64,000 bases of DNA from Cyanidioschyzon merolae (lineage: Eukaryota). The stretch is taken from the NCBI GenBank assembly GCA_000091205.1, contig AP006494.2. The stretch is one strand, 5' to 3'. Of this stretch, positions 10,801-20,153 are shown piece after piece. The translations under genes were made by a program, and so were the position numbers. A model generated the notes under the pieces. That model worked only from the letters and a program-made list of their open reading frames with translations, did no database searches and was not told where the DNA came from. Each line of letters starts with the position of its first letter. Within the stretch, counting starts at the first letter, position 1.

Positions 10801-11811
10801 CGCGGACCCGCTTTGCGCCTGACTAGCTCTTGGCGTGCGAGCTCGTCGTCTCATCAACTGGTCAATTTTGGGTCCGAGCTCATCCTGGTTCACACAGTTG
10901 TCGAGAACTTCAAAGTAGATATGGGTACCGATTAACGCGGAGCACAACGATGAAGGCAGAGATTCCGTGCACAGCGATGCATTAACCAGCCAGCCAGCTT
11001 CATCCTCATCCCAGACGAGTCCCAGCCGAGTTGCGAGTGTTGCCGGCAAAAGCACGCCCACGCGCGGCGGGCGCTCCTCCGGCTGCGGCGATCGTTGCAG
11101 CAACTGCTCCAGCAACGTTCCTAAAAGTCGCAAACGCGCGATATCATCTAGCCCGCTGAGCACCACGGTGGGCACCGGTGTACTTCGCAGCGTTCTCCGC
11201 TGTGTATCACTCTCCGCGGCCTGTGTGGGCTGACTTGTCTGTTGTGGTGGCCGTTGAGCAGCGCCCATGGCAGCTGCCTCTGCGCTCGCGTCTGGCGGGT
11301 CCGAACCCCCGCCGTCTGTAACATCAGCGCTCCACTGGAATGCAGGCAAAACGACCGCGAAGATCGTGCTAGTATTCCTCTGTAGAGCAACGTGGTGCAG
11401 AGAGCGACGCAGTGAGCGCTGGTTGAAAGCTACTGGTGCCGCTGCGAAAGAAGAGCGTGTTAGTGGGCGATGCTGAATGGGCCGCACCTCCCAGGCACGC
11501 CCTCGAGCATGCCTTGGGGTAAGCGTCCTCGGAACGCGACTGCTCCACTGCAATACCGTTCTTTTCTGTACTATCCTTTCCTGTGGGAATAGATATCCCG
11601 CATAAATGACTTGCCCCTGTAAAACAGGGGCGAACATGGGCAACATCAATGTACTCTTAGGGTCCTCTTCGTTTGCTGCGAACCGGCGAGCGCTGGTGAA
11701 GCCAACCTTCATGCGCGCTCCGCGAAGCGCACTGCCGCGCACCGGTCGACGCGATCCGATGCTTTGTGTAACCGCAGGTGCTTCGAGGTGCTTTCTTACG
11801 AGGTGCTCCAT
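7894..11811 (-). CDS. Large CobW/ZNG1-family (G3E P-loop GTPase) protein with an apparent tandem architecture: a degenerate CobW-like unit, a CobW_C-like domain, an intact P-loop unit (GLPGAGKTSL...ADTVVFTKSDVV) and a C-terminal CobW_C-like domain. Contains a poly-Thr tract. The start codon is uncertain.
   Basis: Walker A ILAVCGLPGAGKTSLVGAL followed by TKSD (an NKxD-like motif). CobW_C-like segments SFLYRANRPFHPRRLFDKI...EIVFLGEDLDAMRIQIVLDECLL. The annotated ATG at 11809-11811 lies inside the 127-bp tandem repeat, so the true start is probably downstream. Confidence 0.6.
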   Translation of the reverse strand: MEHLVRKHLEAPAVTQSIGSRRPVRGSALRGARMKVGFTSARRFAANEEDPKSTLMLPMFAPVLQGQVIYAGYLFPQERIVQKRTVLQWSSRVPRTLTPRHARGRAWEVRPIQHRPLTRSSFAAAPVAFNQRSLRRSLHHVALQRNTSTIFAVVLPAFQWSADVTDGGGSDPPDASAEAAAMGAAQRPPQQTSQPTQAAESDTQRRTLRSTPVPTVVLSGLDDIARLRLLGTLLEQLLQRSPQPEERPPRVGVLLPATLATRLGLVWDEDEAGWLVNASLCTESLPSSLCSALIGTHIYFEVLDNCVNQDELGPKIDQLMRRRARTPRASQAQSGSAVQSAADQTVEAAPSPVNLFQVQAAYGVDYLIVCSPEKEEPYAIADSLAHVEWPLQLLALVSVIDAAAAAEVFAPTLRQQETASVAYSPENTAQTSPASERIPTTATGITGGTGLEISHNDADQALATSDTVETSRDGSSPSRGTLLHEKKTASRVEAGDVGAGDNDGASARRPPAMERERGSASNAQADNLVQLLVDQIEYANLVVVYNQQQMPGRETDADVRPMRKSQDASPDPEVRTAPTPSFQNLLRYLRLLNCEAQVILMHANTEWPQTLLERILERPFDPERMLWMPTWRRVLASFAATELTKTSQKYGSALPENRAQSTGKSSAKAGPSVGTSTAAATPATRATVPETSAASASQETTAATASWGAASAPDAGYDPGKAAAPKGPGAATGGSATHPAAPAVSSAAGTARPIWDSRFSNEQFLATLYSGTRPWERGFSTETVRPETSFLYRANRPFHPRRLFDKISDISTFHGVLRSVGKLWLANRMDSFLEWSQVGNNITLKRGQRFLVTLPLEQWPSAPNSQDRMRPLQWDERFGDRCSEIVFLGEDLDAMRIQIVLDECLLRDEELVFTEAWSEFEDPFESLVPNTDSTRAGGKTPPAAQPPSFVERLSSRVAPPWILITGEAKRSEANSEQNERILVPGDVEPLPANEGILAVCGLPGAGKTSLVGALNAHEDLLAWRLEPPGPSTLLQRQRLEAVSEAALASRLESHPRPFRLALETDEPLDGVDAVVCAVDCLRFRSQDHIQQQLVASADTVVFTKSDVVPAERLQQILEHVCGWNPHARVICAPYGRLQPAAIWVRRRNRPWLREAEATTTTTTTTTTAPTHDADSRVLPRLTAQAMQDAAPAGDAHRPAAANRGRLFRRLHLQRTMPIDVAAFMDLLRALEPFTETLYAVGIMRPANAPSPLLLTLDGVYMRIESHAPASIASSLTMDLVLYADGIQAEDLGSFFDRVHAGTLTS

Positions 11812-12390
11812 TTGCTAGAGCACATGTGATGCGGTGTATTTCCTTCATACGGTATGGAGGAAGCGGGTATTGAAAATGTTGTTGCGAAATGATTGCAACC
11901 GCAGGTGCTTCGAGGTGCTTTCTTACGAGGTGCTCCATTTGCTAGAGCACATGTGATGCGGTGTATTTCCTTCATACGGTACGGAGGAAGCGGGTACTGA
12001 AAATGTTGTTGCGAAATGATTGCAACCGCAGGTGCTTCGAGGTGCTTTCTTACGAGTTGCTCCATTTGCTAGAGCACATGTGATGCGGTGTATTTCCTTC
12101 ATACGGTACGGAGGAAGCGGGTACTGAAAATGTTGTTGCGAAATGATTGCAACCGCAGGTGCTTCGAGGTGCTTTCTTACGAGTTGCTCCATTTGCTAGA
12201 GCACATGTGATGCGGTGTATTTCCTTCATACGGTACGGAGGAAGCGGGTACTGAAAATGTTGTTGCGAAATGATTGCAACCGCAGGTGCTTCGAGGTGCT
12301 TTCTTACGAGTTGCTCCATTTGCTAGAGCACGTGTGATGCGGTGTATTTCCTTCATAGGATATGGAGGGAGCAGGTATTGAAAATACTGT
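11771..12390. repeat. Tandem array of a 127-bp unit, about 4.9 copies, the last one diverged
   Basis: Unit accgcaggtgcttcgaggtgctttcttacgag(g/t)tgctccatttgctagagcacatgtgatgcggtgtatttccttcatacggta(t/c)ggaggaagcgggta(t/c)tgaaaatgttgttgcgaaatgattgca recurs at 11771, 11898, 12025, 12152 and 12279. Each unit carries an ATG-led ORF, MEQLVRKHLEAPAV... Confidence 0.9.
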
Positions 12391-14113
12391 TTCTAAATAA
12401 ATAACATTTCGATCGCTCTTGGGTTCACGGAGACATCCTTGGACAGGGATACTTTTCGCGATTGATCGCAGTGTTTACAGACGTCTTTCAAAATACATGA
12501 CTTCCAATATCGACCGACTATCGCGTCAGCCACAAAGCACCGGAAAGTGTCACTGTGTGCATGTAGTGCATGGACCCCACGTCTCGCGTTAAGGACCCTG
12601 CTTATCCACTGGGCATTGAGTCGAGCACTCGCCCATTCGGAGGCCCAGTATACGCAGAGCAATGGCACATTCACTGCGAACGCCGATGTTCGTAGCGCTC
12701 TGAGCACAGTGTCGGAGGCCCTTTCTGCCGATGCTCGGTGCCTCGACGACCTCCACAAGCACACAGGGCAATTGTGGAATCCCGCCTCGTCGGTGGAATA
12801 TACGAGTCATTGCCATCTACAATCTGTTGCTGCATTCGCGAGCATATGAGAAGCCTATGCAAGCGGCATCTGTCTACGAGCAGAGGGCACTGGGCCCTGG
12901 ACACTCGCTGGTGCAAGTTCTTCGACACGATGGCAACTTGTGCTTCGATGCGTCGTCTCCGGATCTCAGAACGCGCTCGCTGCGGACGCTTCGGGCAGCA
13001 CTCCACACGTACTTAGCTGAGAATACGGCTTCAATGGTATGCGGGGTCGCTATATCGCCTTCATAGAACTCCGGGCTTCAAGTCACCGTGTTTATAAGCC
13101 CTAAAGAAATTGCTACAATGTTTTCGTTCGCACACCTCAGAGTATGCCAGTCTTTGCGGTGCGTCGTGTCCCGCACTGAGCGACGAATAGACCAACAACA
13201 TGGAGATCTTGTACTCGTGTGTGTATGTACTTGGTACGTGCTTCTGAGGATCTAGTCCGAGTCACTGGCAGGAACGATATCGATAGAAGGCCAACACCAT
13301 TTCGACTAAGCCAAGTAGAGTGTCACGAAAGAGAATCCTTCTGAACTGGAGACTCCTAGCCTGGCTACAGCCAATGTTGGGCGTTTCGTTCTTGGACGCA
13401 GCGCGCCTTATATGCCGGTAACGCATTCCCAACTGCATTACCGACTCTGAACCCGGAGCGTTTTATACTCCATAATGCAAAACGCAAACGACAGCGCCAC
13501 TCCAAACGGATGCAGCTCCGAAAAAGCGTGAGTTCCACGTACCGATTCTCATCTGGTATACAGCGACGCGCTCTGAACATCTCGCGGCGTACCCGAGTGG
13601 GTCCTTCGAATGACGATGACGATGCACTAGTCTTTAGACAGTCACAGGGACCTGTAGTAGAGCATCGCGCAAAACAGGAAGCGCTTTCCGAGCAGCACAA
13701 GAGTCGGCGATCCAGCCTGATCGAACGGGCCTCGGTAGCAAACGCCGGTTATGTCGATGACGATAGCCATCGCACCCGTAATCATGGAAATCGTGGAAAT
13801 CTCCTCTTCCGGACACTGTTTGCATTGCTCCATCAAAGCGAAACACCAGCTGATATGAATTGCTCTCGTGATGCGTGACGTGAACGCTCCTCTCGAGAGG
13901 CAGCACACATCCGGTGCAACCTCGAAAGCGTTCCGGCCGCTCTCAAGGCGGTGTTGTTAAGCAACCACCCGATCGTTGCGATAGCGCGTATCCGCATACC
14001 GGTGTGCTTCTGTGGCCCGTCGAGAATCAATTCATGTGGACTGACGGTAGCTTCGGCGCGCAAGCTGTCGGGAAATCGGACGCAAAGTTCGCGTTACCAA
14101 ATCGATCACCGCT

Positions 14114-16201
14114 CTACGCAATAGAGTTCGACTTGTAGGCTGCTCGCAACGTCTCAAAAACACGTTCCCGCAAGAGTCGCTCGGCAGGGCGGCGGATGTC
14201 GTTCGCCGCCCCGCGGTCGGGGTGTGTCAAGAGCAGCGCTCGCCGATACGCGACCTTCACTTGCTGTTCATCCAGCAAAGCCTGCACAGTGAGACGCTCC
14301 CAGCCAGAGTCCTCACCTAGAATCTCGTGCAAAGTGCTCAGAAGCGCTCGAATGTTATGTGCTCGCGATCCGTTTCGCGTCCATTCACTGATGCGTTGCT
14401 CGACGACAAAGATGACTTCTGGGGTAGCGGTGCCATCTTGCGGCTCCAAAGTTTCCCGTGTCCCAGAGGTGACCTCACGGTAACCAGTGGAGGTTTCTGT
14501 TTCGATCGTGACCGAACTACTGTCCGCCGTGTATCGTTCACGAGCTTCATGTGCAGTGGGGGTCGAGCGTATCGCATGCTTACGCCGCTCAGCGGTTGTG
14601 CTGCTGCTGCTGCTGCTGCCTGTACTGTTGCCGTTGCTCCTGCGAGTCGCCTGGAGAAATTGTTCGGGTGTGGCAGCATTGGAAGCCCGGACACGCTGTG
14701 GATCGTCGACGACTTCATTAACCTCATCCCAGGGGCTTGCCTCCTGTGCACCGCTATCCATCGCGGTAGCAGCCGCTACTGACACAGCGTTTGAGCTGGA
14801 GGCAGGATGCAGCGCAGGTGCTTCCGCTGGTGTTCCAGCCGGGGCGTGATGCGCCGTTGCCTGAGCAGGGGCGCTTTGTGACACGTCTTCAGACTCTTCC
14901 TCAATATCCACAAGCTGATCTTCGAGTGGTCCCTTGGGAGCGTTAGGCCTTGCTGTGCACGTCTGATCCTCTGCGCAATGGCCAGCAGGCCAAGTCGATG
15001 TCGACGGCGGCGACGATAATGACCCTGCCCGGGCGTTTCCTCGAGAGCTCACGACGTCAGCCACTGGTGCGGCGGCTGTGCTTGCTCCAGCGTCCGTCAT
15101 TACGGCCAGTCCTCGTTCAAAAGCAGTATCCAAGGAACTTGCATCCAATTCGGATGCGCCAGTTGTCGGCGTAGGGCGCCATTTCTCGTGTAATGTTTGC
15201 CATAACGTTTCCGGCTTGGTCGCCGTGGATCGTTCCATCTGCTTCCGAGTCGAAAGGCGCTGCAGAGCAGACCGACCGAGAGCGGCCTCATTGGATGGAG
15301 CGCCCCCGTCAGCTCCAGTCCCAGCTCCAGTTCCAGCACCAGCGGGATTCCCGCACGAATCAAGCCTCCTGTTCGGCCTGTTCCGCGTCGCAGCCTTCTT
15401 CGAAGAATCATCGCCATGAAGGCGGTGCTGCTCCGTCACCACAAAAGAGGCCGCTGCATAAAATTGTCGTTGAATTTCGAGCAGCTCTGTGAGGCAACTC
15501 GGTAGTAGCTCCGAGCGGGCCAGAATCCACGCTTCGAGGTGCACACAGGTTTCCTCGCACTTGCCCAAGAGAGGTCCCATCACACTATTATAGACTTCTT
15601 CCACAGAACCAACGTACCCATATGCACCACTCTGCATACTTAGCTGCCGCAAACTTGCCTGTGCTTGTTGAATCTCTTCGACCAAGCCAAGGACGCCCTC
15701 GAGGAGCGCCTGACCTTCATTGAGTGCCATCGCTAGCGGCTGCTGAACCCGCAGCCGGAGACGTTTCTCAGTCACGCGCAGCACTCGTTCTTCAAGGTCC
15801 AGCTGACACTCGTTCCATTGCGCCCAGAGCGCCCGTCGTGTAGCGTCCGGTTCCATGTTCGATGCGCTGGTACCGGGCTCTGTGACAAACGGCGATGAGG
15901 GTACTGCGTCGCGCCAGTTTGCCATAAACTCCTGCATGCTCCTCAAAATACGCTCTATCGACGTTTCGAATCCAACCCAATCATGCAACATCTGGTATAG
16001 CGTGGCTCCAGCAAAGCTAAGTCGCTGAAAGCGCTCACCGAATGTAGCTAGCCGTTGCCCGACGTGCTCCCACCGGCTCAGTACGTTCCGAACGTTCACC
16101 GGGCCGGTGCTATTCGCTTTGGCCTCAGAAACACTCCATTGTGCTGCACGCTTCGCCTCCTGCCCCAGTTCCCGCAGTCTATTCCGCCAGGAGCGGAACA
16201 T
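14114..16201 (-). CDS. Protein with a C-terminal auxilin-like J domain (HPD motif) and a long, mostly low-complexity N-terminal region
   Basis: C-terminal VKVAYRRALLLTHPDRGAANDIRRPAERLLRERVFETLRAAY resembles the auxilin/GAK J domain (KKVYRKAVLVVHPDK). The listed start at 16282 is TTG; the first ATG is at 16199-16201. Internal poly-Ser comes from a (GCT)n tract. Confidence 0.5.
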   Translation of the reverse strand: MFRSWRNRLRELGQEAKRAAQWSVSEAKANSTGPVNVRNVLSRWEHVGQRLATFGERFQRLSFAGATLYQMLHDWVGFETSIERILRSMQEFMANWRDAVPSSPFVTEPGTSASNMEPDATRRALWAQWNECQLDLEERVLRVTEKRLRLRVQQPLAMALNEGQALLEGVLGLVEEIQQAQASLRQLSMQSGAYGYVGSVEEVYNSVMGPLLGKCEETCVHLEAWILARSELLPSCLTELLEIQRQFYAAASFVVTEQHRLHGDDSSKKAATRNRPNRRLDSCGNPAGAGTGAGTGADGGAPSNEAALGRSALQRLSTRKQMERSTATKPETLWQTLHEKWRPTPTTGASELDASSLDTAFERGLAVMTDAGASTAAAPVADVVSSRGNARAGSLSSPPSTSTWPAGHCAEDQTCTARPNAPKGPLEDQLVDIEEESEDVSQSAPAQATAHHAPAGTPAEAPALHPASSSNAVSVAAATAMDSGAQEASPWDEVNEVVDDPQRVRASNAATPEQFLQATRRSNGNSTGSSSSSSTTAERRKHAIRSTPTAHEARERYTADSSSVTIETETSTGYREVTSGTRETLEPQDGTATPEVIFVVEQRISEWTRNGSRAHNIRALLSTLHEILGEDSGWERLTVQALLDEQQVKVAYRRALLLTHPDRGAANDIRRPAERLLRERVFETLRAAYKSNSIA

Positions 16202-16582
16202 GACCGCGTCACCAACCCAGTCTGAGAACTGAGCGCTCTCGAGAAAAAGTCGCGTAGCGCCGCGCCGAGGGCGCTGGTGCAAGGCGCGCTTCGTTCTCGG
16301 ACTGGGTAGGCACAGGTGCGGTGTTCCCTAGACGCGTTGCCAGGTTAGAGAGCGTTTGACCTTTCGATCTGTGAACGTTCAGAGTATTCGTGTTTCTGCA
16401 ACGTCCTGGTTGTGTATCAAGAGAGCATTAAGTTCGACGGTTTTCTTTCCGAGGGCTTGTGAATGCAGCGGAAGCGCCCCGAGCGCTGTCAACGCTGTGG
16501 GAAGCGCTTGCATCAAGAGCATGTGTGTGCAGCCAAGGTTTGTAGTTGGATCCGATGCTTCTCTGCTACGAAGTTTCTTCTT

Positions 16583-17278
16583 ATGTGCTTACTATTACTG
16601 CTCTTCGTCCTGCCGGTACACGCAAAGCGAACCAAAGCAGAAACAACGACTCCAGCGTTTGAGCCCGGCTTTGAATACATAACGTACGCCTCAGTGGTGA
16701 AGCTGGAGCACCCGCTGACGGGCCTTCGACTGCACTCCCAGGAGGTTGCGTACGGGACAGGTTCGAAGCAGCAAACCGTAACTGCAGTCGAACGACACCT
16801 CGATGATGATCGTGCGCTATGGTTGATCAAAGCTCCCCAGCAAAGCGGCGGGCGTTTTTTCGCGGAGTCGAAAGGCATGCGGCGTGTTCGTTGTGGTGAC
16901 CTCATTCGACTGGAGCATGTGGTAACGCGGACGCATTTACACAGCCATCGTTTGGCATCACCGTTGACTGGCTCCCAGGAGGTCAGCGCATTTTCGCTGT
17001 CCGCTGAGGGCAGTGGTGACTCGGGGGATCACTGGCAAGTTGAATGTATCTCGAAAGGGGCGGTCTTCTGGGCTCGCAACGAGACCGTTTACCTACGTCA
17101 TGTTGATACAGAGACCATGTATCTTTCGGTTCTGGGGGAGCAGCGTTATCATGATCCTCTAGAGAATCACGCTGAAGTGGTTTGTTTAGAGCGCAAATCC
17201 ATTCGACAACCTGAGCTGCGAGCACAGTGGGTAGCATCGGAGGGTTTCTTCCACGCGTCTGCCGCAGTTGAATCATGA
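16583..17278 (+). CDS. SDF2-like secreted protein with MIR domains and a predicted N-terminal signal peptide
   Basis: MCLLLLLFVLPVHA signal-like start at 16583. The rest is colinear with SDF2: YASVVKLEHPLTGLRLHSQEVAYGTGSKQQTVTAV...CGDLIRLEHVVTRTHLHSHRLASPLTGSQEVSAF...DHWQVEC... Confidence 0.75.
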   Translation: MCLLLLLFVLPVHAKRTKAETTTPAFEPGFEYITYASVVKLEHPLTGLRLHSQEVAYGTGSKQQTVTAVERHLDDDRALWLIKAPQQSGGRFFAESKGMRRVRCGDLIRLEHVVTRTHLHSHRLASPLTGSQEVSAFSLSAEGSGDSGDHWQVECISKGAVFWARNETVYLRHVDTETMYLSVLGEQRYHDPLENHAEVVCLERKSIRQPELRAQWVASEGFFHASAAVES

Positions 17279-17744
17279 CGAGACTGCTATGGCTGAGCGC
17301 ACTCGGTGGTAAACCGCGAGCGCTGCGACAGTACTGACACAGCGATCATAGTGCCCCGCAGTTGCGGAACATGAGAGGCGTGTCGCTGTAGACCCGTCGA
17401 AAACTTTTGTTGCCTTGCAGCTCACGCGGTTAGCGCGGGTCGCAGCTTGCGAGCACATTCCCTTGGCAGGAGGTGCACGGCGAACGAAGTGCATCCCTGT
17501 AGCGAGGCGACGAGGCGTCCCAGGAGCCACACGCGGGCATCTCTTGCACACGCTGCGGCTGGTCTAGGCAGCCTTCATCGAACCTAAAGAGTCGCTATAT
17601 ATAGCGCCCGTGCAAACGTTTCGACGCGAGTCAGCGTCACAGTTCGAGGAGTGCAACCGCGCCCGCCTCCGGAAGCCTTGGCTACTGTTGCGAGCGTAAG
17701 GCAACGCCTGCAGGAGAGCGAGGTACCGCCTGGACCGCGGTGTC

Positions 17745-18380
17745 TCGCAAGGACACTTCAACGCTGACCATATTCTACGCCGTCGACTTTTGCAGCGCTT
17801 CACGATGACTGGTGTATCCTAGTGCACGAGCAAGACTCTGGCTTTGCTCTAGGTCGCCCAACGTAACAGAGCTGCAACTGTGTTTCAACGCTGACCATAT
17901 TCTACGCCGTCGAGTCTTGCAGCGCTTCACGTTGACTGGTTTATCCTAGTGTACGAACAAGACTCTGGCTTTGCTCTAGGTCGCCCAACGTAACAGAGCT
18001 GCAACTGTGTTTCAACGCTGACCATATTCTACGCCGTCGAGTCTTGCAGCGCTTCACGTTGACTGGTTTATCCTAGTGTACGAACAAGACTCTGGCTTTG
18101 CTCTAGGTCGCCCAACGTAACAGAGCTGCAACTGTGTTTCAACGCTGACCATATTCTACGCCGTCGAGTCTTGCAGCGCTTCACGTTGACTGGTTTATCC
18201 TAGTGTACGAACAAGACTCTGGCTTTGCTCTAGGTCGCCCAACGTAACAGAGCTGCAACTGTGTTTCAACGCTGACCATATTCTACGCCGTCGAGTCTTG
18301 CAGCGCTTCACGTTGACTGGTTTATCCTAGTGTACGAACAAGACTCTGGCTTTGCTCTAGGTCGCCCAACGTAACAGAGC
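17745..18380. repeat. Tandem array of a second, unrelated 127-bp unit, about 5 copies
   Basis: tcaacgctgaccatattctacgccgtcga... recurs at 17758, 17885, 18012, 18139 and 18266. There is no similarity to the 11771 array. Confidence 0.9.
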
Positions 18381-18791
18381 TGCAACTGTCCTCCTGCGCG
18401 CACGCCTCCAATGCCAGTACCAGTGCCGGGAAGAGCAAGTCCTTGAGTAAACGCGAAACGCTGTTCGTTCTCCTCGATAGACGGTGTTCATCCAGGCCTG
18501 GCTCTCGGAACAACCCGATTTCTCCTGCGGGCAAACAGAACGTGCCCTGGGGTGCGTTATTCTCAACGTATCCCGCACGAAATCGAACGCAAAAGCACCA
18601 GGGAAACGAAGCAGAAACGGTGTTTTCGTGGTGGCGGTCGCCTGGCGTTTCAAGAGACAGTGACATCGTTTCTGTCACTTGGGTGCCAGTTACAGACCAG
18701 GAAACGTATTCGTTTCCGTCACCGCCACTGTGGTACGCACCAGAGCTGTTCCTGGTGTGCGTTGAGTGCCACTTTCAGCTACAGTCTCACA

Positions 18792-19427
18792 ATGAACGGG
18801 ACCCGGGGAACGCTTATTGCGTTCGAAGGCGGCGATCGAGCTGGAAAGAGCACACAGGCGAAGCAAGCTCTTCAATGGATACGAGAAACTCTTCGTGAAC
18901 CAGCAGTGCTGTGGCACTTTCCGAACCGGCACTCAGCCACGGGTCGGCTGCTCGACACCTACCTAAGCGGCAGTACAGAGCTCACTGGCCAAGTAGCACA
19001 CCTGTTGTTCGCAGCAAACCGCTGGGAGCGCGTTGAGGAACTCTGGCAGCTCCTAGATAGCGGATCCCATGTCATTCTCGATCGTTATGCGTACTCTGGA
19101 GTAGCATTCTCCGTAGCAGCACGGGGACTCGATCCCGAATGGTGCCTGGCAGCGGATCGCGGCCTACCGTCACCAGACTTGGTCTTGTTTCTGGACCTGG
19201 ACCCGCAGCTCGCTTCGAAGCGCGGGAACTTTGGTGAAGAACGCTACGAGCAACTTGTGATTCAACAGCGAGTTCGCCAGTTCTTTCTGGACCGTCTATT
19301 TCAAAGCGAGAACTGGGTGCGCATCTCTGCGGAGCAACCTCCGGATCAAGTGCAACTACAGTGCCGACGCGCCATTACGGAGATGCTGCCTCGAGTGCGA
19401 AGCCTTCCGCTCAAACTCCTTTGGTAA
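18792..19427 (+). CDS. TMPK: Thymidylate kinase (dTMP kinase)
   Basis: LIAFEGGDRAGKSTQ P-loop, LLFAANRWE, DRYAYSGVAF and LPSPDLVLFLDL are colinear with human DTYMK. The listed ORF start 18552 is upstream; the likely start is the ATG at 18792 (MNGTRGTLIAFEG). Confidence 0.9.
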   Translation: MNGTRGTLIAFEGGDRAGKSTQAKQALQWIRETLREPAVLWHFPNRHSATGRLLDTYLSGSTELTGQVAHLLFAANRWERVEELWQLLDSGSHVILDRYAYSGVAFSVAARGLDPEWCLAADRGLPSPDLVLFLDLDPQLASKRGNFGEERYEQLVIQQRVRQFFLDRLFQSENWVRISAEQPPDQVQLQCRRAITEMLPRVRSLPLKLLW

Positions 19428-20153
19428 ACGATTGTTCATGGAGTTGTCTAGCGCGCTGGTAAAGCGACGTTCGCGGCATGCCAAGTCGAGCGCGTTGCGA
19501 CCTGCTACCGATGCGATGGACGGGTGTATCCGGGTTGGAAGGCGTCGCCAGCGAAGCACATGCGCATGCATATGATCCCTGCACTTTTATCGAACAAGTG
19601 CATTTTCTTGGAACAAATCATTGTCTCAGAGAAGGCGTTCGGCGTTTATCAGTTTCCTCATTGGATCGGACGATCCTAGACACCAGGGGCACGGAAGCGC
19701 TTGGCACGGGTTGTCATTACTGGCACCGCCAGACGCAGCATCTCAAACGATTGTGTGTCCAGCGAGTGTCCGTAATGTGGAGCGTCTACATGAGCGCTGC
19801 ACACCAAAGCCTCTTCATGTGAAAATGACGGTACGGATTCACAGTCGATATCTCCGTTGATCGATAGTTCAAGTGCTACCAAGCCGTTTTCGAGGGCGTT
19901 TCCACGTAATGCCTAGCACATGCGGGTGTACTCGTGACTTGAGACGCCCTTACAGCTTGTTCCGTGCGCTGACTTGGTACAGTCGGCGCATGCCGACGCA
20001 TGGTGGCGTCTGGGCTCGAGAGCCTATTTCAGCGCTCGCACCAGCTCGGTACCAAGCGGTGAAACGGACTCGCGAAACGACCACCGTGGATGTTGCCTGA
20101 AGTTGCACCGATCACATTCGGTGAAACGCATGCTGAAGTTGCTCTTTGCTGTT

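Noticed and set aside
11657-12319. Four overlapping 89-93-aa ORFs (MEQLVRKHLEAPAV...)
   Set aside because: They are generated by the 127-bp tandem repeat read in rotating frames. They are noted as a finding but not called as genes.
3307-18380. Possibility that the regular tandem arrays are CRISPR arrays
   Set aside because: The units are contiguous with no unique spacers, the period is 8-127 bp without spacer alternation, and the context is a eukaryotic nuclear genome.
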